NCBI GenBank assembly: GCA_029717555.1
Contig: JAMDHS010000071.1
Coordinates: 1-64,000, forward strand
Length of the DNA: 64,000 bases
Source: Peribolospora baueri
Taxonomy: Eukaryota
Reading direction: 5' to 3'
A model generated the notes under the pieces. The model had not been told where the DNA came from. It saw nothing but the letters and a program-made list of their open reading frames with translations, and ran no database searches. The position numbers and the translations under genes are program-made. Below, piece after piece: positions 48,885-60,817 of the stretch (positions within the stretch are counted from its first letter, which is position 1; each line of letters opens with the position of its first letter).

Positions 48885-51468
48885 ATGTCCGCCGAGGTGC
48901 GCGCCAAGCTCAAAAATTTCCAACGCCAGTTCAAGGCAAAGGTGGGCACCAGAAAGACCGTAGACCGCAGGCAATGAGAGTCACGGCTCAGCGGGCCAAG
49001 CTTTGTTACAGCGACATGCACCGACAACTGACCTTGTCGAGGACGGCCAACTACCGGTCTCTCCCTGTCTTCATTCCTTCACGCATCTCTAGCACGGCCG
49101 CGACCCCACGAAGGCCGATATCCAGCAACACCCCGACATCGCCGAGGCGTACGCTGTCTACAACGCCTCTCGAAAAGGCTCCTCTTCTTCAGCTCTGAGC
49201 GGTAGTGGCACCAGTGTCTCAAAGTACGCTCGTAATCTTACCAATGTATTGCCCTCCTCGTCCTCCGCTTTACCCCAAACGCCGACCAAGGCCAAGACTC
49301 GTCAGGCCCCTAGCACCGGTCTACCGTTCCCCTTCAAGACGCCGGAGCGGCCATCAGCCTCCAAGGCTCGGAGCTACGGGGACGGAGTCACGGACTCGCT
49401 CGCCTCCTCTTCTTCCGCCATGCCCTCTCCCTTTGTTCCTCCTTCTGCTTCCAAACGTTCAGGTTTCGCAAAGAGCACTCTTGCTATTACTCCTCAGAAG
49501 CGCAAATCTCCCTCCCAGGTCTTCGACGTCGGTACCGACCGGGGACAAGGCTCTAGCGCACGTTCATTCGACTTTGTTCCTTCTCCGCACCGCCTTCGGA
49601 ATTTGATTGGCTCTCACTCTATCTCCGGCTCCCCGAACAAGCAGCTCAAAACGGCTTCGGAGCGAAAAGCGGCGGACGAGAGAACGGCGAAAGCGATCGA
49701 GGCGGAGACGATCACCCCCCGGACCAAGGCGAGAAAGAGACTCCGGGGGGAGGATGTGCCCGCAACGCCTGGCGGGGATGGGGCGAGGAGGGCGAGGAAG
49801 GCGAAGAGGGGTAGTGGTGCTTTTGCGGCGCTGCGCAAAGCAGGGCCAGACGGTGGTGGTGTTGGAGACGGAGCCAAGGCTGCGGTGCAGGACGTGACGT
49901 TGGAAATGAGGGAGGACGATGACGACGAAGAGATGCTCGGTCCCTCCCCGTCCAAACCTTTCACCTCGAGCGCGACGTCCGGCGGGCGCGTCTTCACTTC
50001 CTTGTTCGACGAGGACGAGGATGTGGTCGAGTCTCCTGCTTCCTCATCGGCGTCAGCGTCTAACGATGCAGCGCGATTTTATGCGGCTGGATACGACACG
50101 GCTGATCTCAGCTCCGTACGGAGGAACGTTCAGTCTCTGTTCGGTGGCGCTGGTGCCAGGGCAGCCAAGGGCGCAGGCAAGTCAGCTGGCGGTGGCGCTG
50201 TCGAGGACTCGACGACTGCTCGATCGATGGCATCCAGCATTTCTAAGACTGCACCTCTGCTGTCTCTGCGGCGGAAAGGTCTCAGGAAGAAGACATCGCT
50301 CGGCATGCCGCCGCCCAAGGACACTTTCGATGACGTCAAGCCCGATCGCTCTCGTCCAGGACGCTCAATCGACAGGATGGGCCGTCCTCACGCTCGCGTA
50401 GTGTCGGGCCAGGCGACCGCCAGCGACGAGGAAGAGGCTGAAATGTGGGCAGAGATGCACGGTCAGCCCCCCTCCGAGGCCGCCCTGACCCGTCCCGTTC
50501 ACGTCGGCCTGGTTGCTGAAGAGCAAGCCACAGGGAAGGATACGAGGACGGATGCCGACGTCGACGCCGACGCCGCACCTCTGACGGTTCGCGCCCGCCG
50601 TCAAAACCCACGTAACCTAATTCACTACATCGACCTCGATGTCCCCGACGATGAAGACGAAGAGACGGACGGCAACAACCGAACTCGAGCTCATCGACGC
50701 TTGGCGATCCTTCCGTACCAGCGGTATGGTAGCCTTTCGTTATCGCCTTCGAAGGAGATGTGCTCCGAGCCAGAGCGCGCGTCGTCGGCGACTGCCACCG
50801 TGAACTCGTCGGCAGCGGAGGCGGAAGGAGGGGGAGGGTCGTTGGGGGAGATAGGGTTTGGCGAAGGCCATACCTCAGAGGACGAGGAAGAGGTGGAGAA
50901 GCAGCGGATCGGCTTGCCTCTGCTCCATAGCCGACGGAGATCACCTCTGCCTTCTCCACATCAGCATGAGAATGAGGTTGAAGAAGAAGGTGAAGACGAG
51001 GGACGAGCGTCCAAATCAGGACCGTCGGTGTTGGAGTCCCGGTCTTGCTCGAATGAAGGCGCTTTTCCAGATCACTATCCCCAACGGTCCGACGACGATA
51101 ACGACCACGACGGCGGGAAAAAAAGGGTCTTCCGAAAGGACATCTCCGTCGATGTGCCCTTCACCCTGCTGGAGACGCTCTCTCTGCGCTCTCCCGACAA
51201 AGAGAAGCGCCTGGCGTCTGTGCGACGGAAAGAGGAGGAGAAGGTGCAGGTTCTCTTAGGGGAGAAGAAGGCTTCAAAATTGGGGTCGAGCGCGTGGGGA
51301 GGTCGGGGAACGTTTGAAATGAGCGAAGATGAGGAGGACGCGCCGAGGGACGGCGCGGCTGGGGACGAGGACGGGGAGGATGAGGACTGGGCTAGCGAGA
51401 TCAGTTCGGGGGCTTGGGGAGAGGACGCTGGATGGGACTCGGATTTTGAGAAAATTGACTTGGTCTGA
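48885..51468 (+). CDS. SLD2: DNA replication regulator Sld2/Drc1
   Basis: Spliced N-terminus MSAEVRAKLKNFQRQFKAK|HGRDPTKADIQQHPDIAEAYAVYN matches the Sld2/RecQ4 N-terminal domain. Many S/T-P CDK-type sites follow (TPER, TPQK, SPHR, SPNK, TPRT, SPSK). Confidence 0.85.
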
Positions 51469-51771
51469 GGGGGGTGTTAACAATGTGAGGCACCCTCGTA
51501 TGTCTTTCCTAGCAAGTCCTTGTCCTTTCCGAACAAGTTTGTTTGAGCACTCCCAAGTCCGTTCGCGAAGCGAAAAAAATATGTTTGGACGAGATGGCAA
51601 AAACTACCTGGACAAGAGGGCGAAGACGGGAAAACCTTTTTGTTCTCCGTCCCCTCGTGCCTTAAGCGACGCTAACGCTCTGCGACTGAAAAAAGAGGTA
51701 GACGGGGAAGGCACGGTTCCGATCGTAAAAGTACAGTGAACAGGTCGCAGAAAGGCCGAAGAGATCGCTGC

Positions 51772-52898
51772 TCATCGTGCTTCTTCTCCGCCGTCGTCCT
51801 CCATTCTTACATCCTCAGGACTGGCTGCATCTGGCCCCGCATCGGCTTTCGCTCCCATCTCAACCTTTTCCCCAGTCCCTGCCTTCTCACTAGCCCCTCC
51901 CTCCGGCTCACCATCAGCTTCGTTCGCCACCGCCATCGTATCGCCCTTGTCCTCCTCCATCTTCTCCTCTTCCAGCCCCGCGTCCACACCTGACATTTTC
52001 TGGTCCTCTGTCTCCCTCTTACCATCCTCTGCCCCCGTCAGCGAACTCTCCGCCGGCGGAGGGAGCCCGGAGGACGGGAAAGGAGTGGGCGAAGGCTCCA
52101 TGGACGCGGAGACGGAAGTGGAAGTGCTCAAGATATCTGCAGGGGTCCGACCGAAACCGTCGGGCTTGGTCGCGCTTTCCTTGGTCTGGCCTGGCTCGTG
52201 GTGGGATGGCGGGGGCTTGATGTCACTGTCACTGTTGTTGTTAGTCGTGCTCTGGGTAGCACTTCCGGCCCCAACTGGAGTGTCAGAGACGGGAGGAACA
52301 AGAGTTCCCAGTCCCCCAGAGTAGCTCACGCTCGCAGGGGTATCCGCGCCCGTCGTCCCTGGTCCTTCTGCCTCGCCATCCCCGTCGTCCCCGTCACCGT
52401 CAGGGCCTAGGAGCGTGGGAGTGCCGATGTTAGCGGCGGCAGCAGCAGCGGCAGCAGCGGCGGCGACGTTGCTGGCAATCTCGGGTGGAGCTTCAGTGGG
52501 AAGCCCGTCTTGCACGTCGTTGAATACAATCTCCTCCTTTGTCGACACCCACTTGAGCACCTTGTACGACGGCTGGGAAGGGTTGACCGTCACCCATTTT
52601 CGTTCCCAGTGGCTGCAATGTGACGCAAGAGGGGAAAAAAGAGTGAGCAGAGCGGGGACAGACGCTGCAAATATGAGCTGCTGGGGAGGGCTTCCCACTC
52701 ACATCACCGGCTGGTTGACATTTCTTCGCAGCGCCTCGGACTGGTTGGGAGCGAAGCTGGATCGATGCGCGTCGCGTGCAGGCCACCGCCAAGACGGCCG
52801 TCAGCAGTCCCTCTCTCGCACCTCGCCCAACCAACTCACGCATACGACGTCGAAACGACCGAGCTGCGCACTCACCGACCACCCCATCGCGAAGACAT
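51772..52898 (-). CDS. BCL7/Rtt102-like putative SWI/SNF-family subunit, 3 exons
   Basis: Spliced MSSRWGGR|FAPNQSEALRRNVNQPV|IHWERKWVTVNPSQPSYKVLKWVST, followed by a long disordered acidic tail. All junctions are GT-AG and in phase. Confidence 0.7.
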
Positions 52899-53147
52899 TG
52901 TGGGCTGTCACCGCCAGTGCTCGTGTCGTCGAAAGGTGGATGGACGGATGGTAAGTTGTCTGTCGCTGGGCGCGTGAACGTCCACCGATCGCTCCCTATC
53001 TCCGCCTAACCGCGTGCGTTATCTCCGTGCGGCCCGAGCAGAAGACCGTCGATTAAAATGTCGGCAACGTGACTCTCCTCTCCCACTTCGCCGCCACCAC
53101 CACCACCACCGCTTTGCTATCCTTTCTACTTCCTCCTTCCTCCGACC

Positions 53148-55220
53148 ATGGCAGAGGAAGAACTCGAGGCCATTCTCCCCGTCGCAGACGTGGACCTCGA
53201 GCAGGAGGTGGTCTACGCCCGCCACGCTCATCCTCCCGGCTCCGGCTCCTCGGACGGTGGCGAGCGCTGGGACCACCACCGTCGGCCGTCTGTGGGCAAG
53301 AAGGCCGTCGCCGCTATCACCGGCTCTGTCGCCGTGTCTTTGATCAGTGAGCAGCATAGGCAGGTTGGAACATTGTGCAGTTCTTGAAGTCAGCGCTGAC
53401 CGGTTACTTTTTGTGCTGCTCCCTCCGCTCAGTGACTCCCTTCGACGTCGTCAAGACACGGCTGCAGACCCAGGCCGTACCTGAACCTCTCTTCCTCCCC
53501 TCCTCACACCTAGCTGCTCCGCAGCCGCCACGACCAGCATGGCCAGAAGAGCTTTCTTCGAAGGCCGGACCGTCGTCCTCACCTTCCTCGTCCACCTCCT
53601 CTTCAACAGTCGCACGGGGGACACGCTCTAGCCGGCCGCCAGCCACATGCTGTCAACCCACCTTCTTTACGACGAACCACCACGAACGGAATTTGCTATG
53701 TCGGTTTGACCCGCGAGTTGACCACATATTTCCATCAACCACCCCTGCAAATCAAGCGTACGCACAGTCCCTGCCCTCGTCCACATCGGCGAGCGCGAGC
53801 GCACAGAGCCTCGGGAAAGGCAAAGGAGTTGGGGCCTCTCTAGGCTCTTCGTCCTCCAGCTTACACGGAGCATCTTCTTCTTCAACACCTGCAGCTACGC
53901 TCCGTTTCCCTGCCGTTTCGCGATTTTTCCCCACCTTCACACCTTCACCCTCTATCGTTCACACGTCAGCACACGGCACTGGCGCAGGCGTCGCCGTGCT
54001 CTCTCCCGACTGTCTCTTTCCAGACCAGGGCACTGCGCAGGCGGAGCTCGAGCATTGGGCCAAAGATCGGAGGCTTACGGGGTTTGTGGACGGTATGAGG
54101 AAGATCCTCAAATGGGAGGGCGTGAGAGGGCTGTGGAGAGGTCTTAGTCCAACGTTGTAAGTTGTCCAGCTCGGAGACGGCCCGTTCGAAGAGATTTAAC
54201 CTCTGCAAGGGCGCCTTGCTAACTTTCCTCATATAAACCTACTGTTTTAGAGTGATGACGGTCCCGTCCAACGTTGTCTACATGACGACCTACGACCATC
54301 TGCGCGACATTTTCATGTCCTACGAACCACCACCACAAATACCCAGCCTGTCGCCCACCACTCCCAAGCCCATCTCCACCGCCGCAGCGACGCCTATTAC
54401 CAACACCATCACCGTCCATTCTGCTCTTTCCGCTCTCTCAGCAGGTATCATTGCCCGCACTCTCTCCGCTACCATCGTCTCGCCTTTGGAGCTCATCCGG
54501 ACACGCCTCCAGGCGAGCCATGCGCGTACCTCGGCAGTGGTTCTTGCGCAGATTGTGCAAATGGTCCGCACAGAAGGCCCACAGAGTCTCTGGAAGGGCC
54601 TCAGCCCCACACTTTGGAGGGATGTGCCGTTCTCCGGAATTTATTTTGCCGGGTACGAGGGTATTAAGAGGGCGTTGACGGGTGGAAAGGGAATGGGCGA
54701 GGGGACGACGGGCGGAAACAGCGGAGAGGAGTTTAGCGTCGCGTTTATTAGTGGCGCAATTAGCGGATCGGTGAGTTGCGCAGATGGGGCAATGAGATGA
54801 AATCGGATTTGCTGCAAGACCGATTGCTCGGGCTTCGCTGACCGTTCGTTTTCCCCACTCCTCTTTTCTGATTTTCAGGTCGCCGCCACCATCACTCACC
54901 CTTTCGATGTGATCAAAACTCACCGACAAGTAGAGTTCTCTAACAATGTGACCCCTTCGCCGCCTCTTCCGCCCGCGTCCACTACACCACCACTACCGGC
55001 CTCTTCGACTTCTCCTTATCCGTCAGCCTCTAGCCCGAGTCCTTCTCTGAACCCAAGGCCAACAAGCACATTCGCGTTCTTCTCGCGCATCGTACGACAA
55101 GAAGGCTTCCAGGGCCTCTTTAGAGGCCTCACTCCTCGCGTAGCCAAAGTGTCCCCCGCTTGCGGAATCATGATCGGCACGTACGAGCTCATGGGCAAGG
55201 CGCTCGTCCGTGAGGAGTAG
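53148..55220 (+). CDS. MTM1: Mitochondrial carrier Mtm1 / SLC25A39-40 family
   Basis: Three carrier repeats: TPFDVVKTRLQ, SPLELIRTRLQ and HPFDVIKTHRQ. Also EGVRGLWRGLSPTL..VPSNVVY, TLWRDVPFSGIY and PRVAKVSPACGIMI. Confidence 0.92.
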
Positions 55221-55936
55221 ACCCCGCTCTCCACCCGCTCAAGTACGCCATAGAACGTCTGATGTGTTAGGTATATTCCGTCCGTGATGGGAACTTTGCC
55301 CGTCCCCCTCCCTCGCCAACATCTTACAAGCATGTAGACGGATTCAGTCTCGCTTTGCTGCTCAAAACACACGGATCGTATAGATTTGTTCGTGAGGGAC
55401 GGACTAGTGATGAGGTCTTCCATCTTCCTGGTGAAAGAACCTTGGCGAAAGCGAGTGGTGTACACACGGAGCGCGGTTTGGCCAGCTACACGCCGTACCT
55501 ATGTTCAGCGTTCAGCGACATATATCCGTTCTCCATCATATGTCCATCTCGATTCGCAGCATTTCAAACTCAATTCAATTCAGTCCTTTTGGAATCAACC
55601 AGACACAGGGAAGCAGGGAACATGGGGGCATGATTTTGACTGTAAACGTTGCGCTGGAAGACAGGTTGCGGAGGCCGGTGGAAAGGAGACGAGAAGGACG
55701 AGTTGAGACTTGCTTTTGCAAAGGCGAGGAGCTGACGATAGGAACGAGTCGGACCTAACCCCCCCCCCGGCGGAATTGGCGCCAAGAACTAAATGGACAG
55801 GATGAGCCGGTTGAGGGAACAGAGAACGCATGCATGAGGTTTTGGGGATGAGCGAGTAGGATGATGCCCTTGGCTTTCAAAGGCGACAGAGGTTAGGCAG
55901 CGAGGCAGCGTCATAAAGGAGAAGGTGAATAGCGGG

Positions 55937-56793
55937 TTAACCAGTCTCGCTCAGAAGCGCCCGCTCGAGCCATTTCTTCCACATATGATCAGTGCGTTTG
56001 ATTGCCTTGGCATTAGGCATCTGCCCACCTAAGCTCCGCCACGCGGTGGTCAGAAGGCCGGGCTGTTGGACGACGGTGGAGGCCGAGGAACCTTTCACCA
56101 ACAGAGATAGGTGCACGGATTTCAGGGACGCCTTCTCTTGCAAGTCTTTCAGAAGCGTGACAAGCATCTTGCGAGCGCAGGCATCCCAATCTGGCTCCGA
56201 CGTCCGAGTCAGATGAACACTCTCCAGCTGAGGCATGTCGATGAGCTTAGGCATGTACGACGAAGCCGTGTGGGGAGGGCTCCACAGGTGCAAAGTCGTA
56301 ACTTGACGTAGGAGTGTGCAACCGACATTGAGGGAGTGGCCGATAGTGAGATCCAACGTCGGCCCTTTCCGAGGCAGCCTCAAGAAACCAGTGTGGCAGA
56401 AGACGAGACGTGGATGGAGGCCAAGCGATAGCAGCTCATCACAACGCATAAAGAGCTCCTTACATACCGGGTTGCCTGGCCCATGAGACTGTCGGGAAGG
56501 TCTTCGAAGCAGCCATGGTGCTTCAAGCGTATCGGCGCGTGAAAGGTCCGACCGCCGATCCAGAGATGGCGGACTTCGGTGCCTATGGATGGCTTTCTCA
56601 TGACCAACAGGGCGAAGGCCTGGAAAGCGCGCATAGTGTGCAATGAAACGACCCGATAAAGGCGCCGGCCGACCTTTTTGTGGGTGTAGCGGTTGACGAG
56701 TGAGAGGTTGAGAAGCTGCCATGAAGGGGAAGACTCGATCGCCTTGTCGAAGACATAATCAACCAGTTCAACCGGAAGCGAGGAGAGGGGCAT
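55937..56793 (-). CDS. F-box-like / leucine-rich-repeat-like protein, with a frame change near 56380-56560
   Basis: MPLSSLPVELVDYVF..LLNLSLVNR..RRLYRVVSL is an F-box-like start. VRHLWI, VTTLHLW, LESVHL and LKSVHL are repeat-like strands, but they lie in two overlapping frames. Confidence 0.6.
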
Positions 56794-57147
56794 TTTGACA
56801 GAGGGAAACAGAACAAGCAAGGTCAGAGATGCGAGGGAGGCGGAAAAAAAGAGGAGGGTGGTGGTTGGGAGGAGACAATAGCTCGTCGTCCATCCGGGTT
56901 GTGACGTGCTTTATCTGATAGGCAGTGCACCCGTAAACGCCCCGAGCTTTTCCCTTCTCCCAGCGAACCGTCGGGAGGACCAAAAGAAAACAAAACTACG
57001 TATGCATGTATTAGATTCTGTCCGTCGGGTGATTACGAAGAACACGAGAGGCAGGGAAGGAGGCGGATGATGGTGATTGCAGTCACGTTTGGACAAACGG
57101 AGACACCTCCGCTACGTATCGAGGAGGCATGGGGAGGAGGGCAGTCG

Positions 57148-57198
57148 AAAGAAAAAAAAATAAAAATAAAAAAATAAAAAAATAAAAAAAATAAAAAA
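57148..57198. repeat. A-rich low-complexity tract (A5-9T)n
   Basis: aaagaaaaaaaaataaaaataaaaaaataaaaaaataaaaaaaataaaaaaa, located between the FMP25-like and F-box genes. Confidence 0.85.
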
Positions 57199-57429
57199 AG
57201 GAGGAGCTCAGACGGACGCTTGGCAGAGGCAAGGTGTGGGAGAACGACGTAGACATTTGCGAGGAGTGTGTCCGCCCTCGAGCCTTGCAGAGCGCGGGCC
57301 AGCATTTTTCTCACCGACGTGCCCACACCACAGGACGATCAGATCAGATGAGACGAGACGAGTGCAGACGAGAGAACAGCGACGCACAGAGCTATAGAAG
57401 CATACCTCGATCCATCATCGATCGATCGA

Positions 57430-60400
57430 TCAATCCAACACCTTCCAAAACACCGCCGTACACCCTTCACCCGCCTGCGCAGTCTCCTCTATCTCCCTCC
57501 GCACTGCCTTGCGCTTCGCAGTCGCTCGCCCGGGATTCCCGTTCCCCTTCGCGTCTCCGCTCTGTCCCTCCTCCCCATCGTCCACATCACTAGCAGGAGG
57601 CAGGAACGTTTCCTGCCTCGTCCGACTGGCCAACTGCAACCGATTGTGCGGCGTGTGCGTCGAACTGCCAGACTTGACCCTCTCCGCCGCCGCGCTGCTT
57701 ATCGGCGCCGCCGCGGCCGCGACCGGGTCGGTCGACGGGGTGCGCGGGTCAGGCGCCCGTGGGAGCGGTTCGACGGCGAGAGCCGCTTCACCCGCCTCCT
57801 CGCCGCCGTTCGTCGTCTCTGCTCCTGGTTCTTGTGATTGAAGTGCAGTCTCGGCGACCGGGGCAGGCGAGACACCGACGTTGGCGGCGGTAATGGAGAG
57901 CTTGGGCGGCAAGAGCGGGGGAAGGTGTTGCGGCACGGCTTGATTCACTCTCTTGCCCGTCCCGAGCTGGTAGTCAGAGTTATTTCCCCATACCATTAAG
58001 TCTCGTCCGAAAACCTGGAGATTGGCACGCTCCGTGTCGAGCGTCGCCACCGCGTGACCGGGCGGCCCGACGTGGAGCTGATAGATCGGAATCGGCTTGA
58101 CGGTTTTGTCTTGCTCCGAGTCTGTAGCAAGCCGAGGCGATGCGAGTGGCGAGGGACAGCGGAAAGGTTGGATGAGGAAGAGAAGGGTGAAGGTAAGAGA
58201 TCGCCCGCTTTCGTCTGTTTCGACCGCAGCGGACGGAGAAAAGAGAAACGCCGACTCACATTCCAGTAGGCCGCTGATCGACTTGACTCTCACCGGACTG
58301 GCCTGCACCTGACTATACATAGCGTTTCCGAGCCCTCCCCATTGTCCCGTCCCGGCGGCCATCACGTCCACCTTGGAGAGGCCAGGGACGAGCGGACCTC
58401 GCTTTTCGACGCCTAGCTGGGTAGGCTCGCGGCGATAAGTTATGAAGTAGGTGTTATCGGCGCCTGCGAGTGGCGATGAATACGCAGGTGGATAAGGTTC
58501 AGCGACGGGCGTCGAATGAATCTTAAAAAACCACGTCTGGCGCCCGTCGGTCTCACCCCATCTCTCCTCTCACTCACCAGCGGCGACCTTGGTACACCTC
58601 AGCTCGCTCGAGTTTGGGAACGCCTTTGTGAGCACGACTTCGGACGGCACGGGGACGTATTCCACGCCGGAGAGCGATCCCAGACCGAGTTGTCTAGACG
58701 GAAAATGAGAAGAAAAAAAAAAGGGATCTGTTCCTGCTACGCGCATGTCCGGTTCTGCCAACCGCTCACCCGTGCGTGTGTCTTCCCCAAGCCAACGGTT
58801 TTCCATTCCTCGTAAGAGCGACAGAATGCTGATCTCCAGCAGTGATTTGAGCAATATCGACGCCCTTGAGCGGGGGCAACTCCATAAGAGTTGTGGCGTA
58901 TCTGATGCTATTCGAGGGTTCCGTCACCGGCGTCACCAAGGCGCGCGGCTCCGTCCGGCTATACTCTTCCCCCTCGCGCGGGAGAGGCTTCGAGGGCCGC
59001 TCAGGGCCGATACTCGGGGGCGGAGGCGCGTCTGGACGCATGTTCACCGGCGGTATCGCCCAGTCCGGAAGCTTGGGAGGCCATTTCTCCTCGTACTGGC
59101 TCGTGTCGATCGGCTTGGGCTCCAGCACGGCTTCCACCTTGTTCACGCCCCCGCCGCTGTCCTTTACCGGCGCGTTGAGGAGGACGCGCTTGACGCCCAG
59201 CTGGCCATACATGTTCGCGCCGTCGTTGACGGGCAGGGCAAAGGTGCGACCGGAGGTGGTGAGCGCCAAGAGGTGGTTCTGCCCCGCCACCATAGAGGTA
59301 AACGTTTCTCCACGAGAGAGAGGCTGCGCAGAGGGGGCGACGTCGAGCACTACGTAGTCGATCTGTGGCGTCGTGCCTCCAAAGTCCCACCATGAGCGGC
59401 CATTGCTGGGCGAGGAGGCGGGCAAGTCCGAGCCGGTCTGTCGGGAGCGTGAGGCGGAGAAGACATAGATCTTGCCGTCCCTGGAGCGCGCGAAGACCTT
59501 TTCGTCCGTCGCGACCAGCTCGAGAATGTCCTTGCCCACGAGCGTCTTCATGGGCACGAGCTTCCTCCTCGTCGCCTCGCTCAGCTTGCTCGGGGGTGGC
59601 ACTGCCGAAGAGCCATCATCTCTGCGAGCGGCGGTGTAGGAAGTGGGGTCGACGGAGCGGACGGAAGGGTCGAAGAAGCCAAGTCCCCACTGGTAGACGT
59701 CCCCATTTGCGTCGACCGCTGCGCCGTGTTTCTCATGCAAGGCAAGATCGCGCAAAGAGACGCCGTCAAAGTAGGGGATGAAACGCGGCGTCTTGACCAC
59801 CTGGAGGTTGGGAGCCGTGGGTGCGACGACTTGGTACCTTGTGGATGAGAGTGGGAGGAGGGGAAGGGCAGCGCGACGATGGGAGGAGCTCAGCTTTGTC
59901 CTATCCGGCGAGGCGAAGCATTTGCACTCAACGTCGGCCCGGGAGGGCCGAACGGGACTTCCTCTTCCTTCTCATTCTGCTTCTGCCGCTTCGAAAGCGG
60001 AAGCGGAAGCGCGAACTCACCGGTTGGATCCCCAGGCATACACTCCCTGCGTCCTACTCCTCTCCTGCAACTGCTTCTGCTGCACGTCATCCATCACAGT
60101 CGGACTAACGCCATCGTCGGCGGGTACGACCGACTCGCTGAGGAGGGTTCGGTCGGAGGAGAAGGTGTGGTATGCGTAGAGGAGGGAAGCGGCGAGAGCG
60201 GCGCCGATGGTGAGGCGTTGGATGGTGGTGCGAGACGCAGAAGACGATGGGTTGGCAGAGGATGAGGAAAACCGAACGTGGGCCTGTAAAAAGGGGCGAC
60301 GGGGGGCTCCGACGCCCGCTCGCGTTCGTACGATAGGAAGCGAGCTCCGAGCGGAGCCGGCGGCCGTCTGTGAGCGGAGAGCGGAGGTGCGGGCAAACAT
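57430..60400 (-). CDS. FMP25: Mitochondrial RCC1-repeat protein, Fmp25-like
   Basis: Arg/Ser/Ala-rich presequence followed by a short TM segment. RCC1 motifs GVYAWGSNR, HGAAVDANGDVYQWG, AGQNHLLALTTSGRTF..NMYGQLG, AGDQHSVAL, GTGQWGGLGN and VWGNNSDYQLGTGKR. Confidence 0.8.
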
Positions 60401-60817
60401 GGCGAGCTGGACGACGATGGACGGTTGAGTTTTCTTCTTCTTCTTCTTCTTCTTCGCCTCCGTCGTCGTCGTCGTCGATGTCGTCGTCGACCTCAACTCA
60501 AACGTCCTTCTTGGTTTGTCAATTCGCCAGGAAAACCTCGACGGGGACGGGACATGCTCATGTAAGCAAGCCGAAGGCCGCTCGCCGCAGTCGATCTTGT
60601 GAGCGTTGCCGATCGCGTCCATCCCCACTCGAGCCTAAGGAAGCCAAGGTGGGACGGGCAACGACTTATTTATGTATGGCAGGCATGTCATCATGGGGCA
60701 TATCATCCTACTTGGTTACATGCACGTTGATCCTCATAAAACGCCGCCGCTTTCCATTCCGCTCCCACTCCGCCAAGACGAACGGTCCTTCTATTCGTGA
60801 GAGAGGTGAATGCCAGA

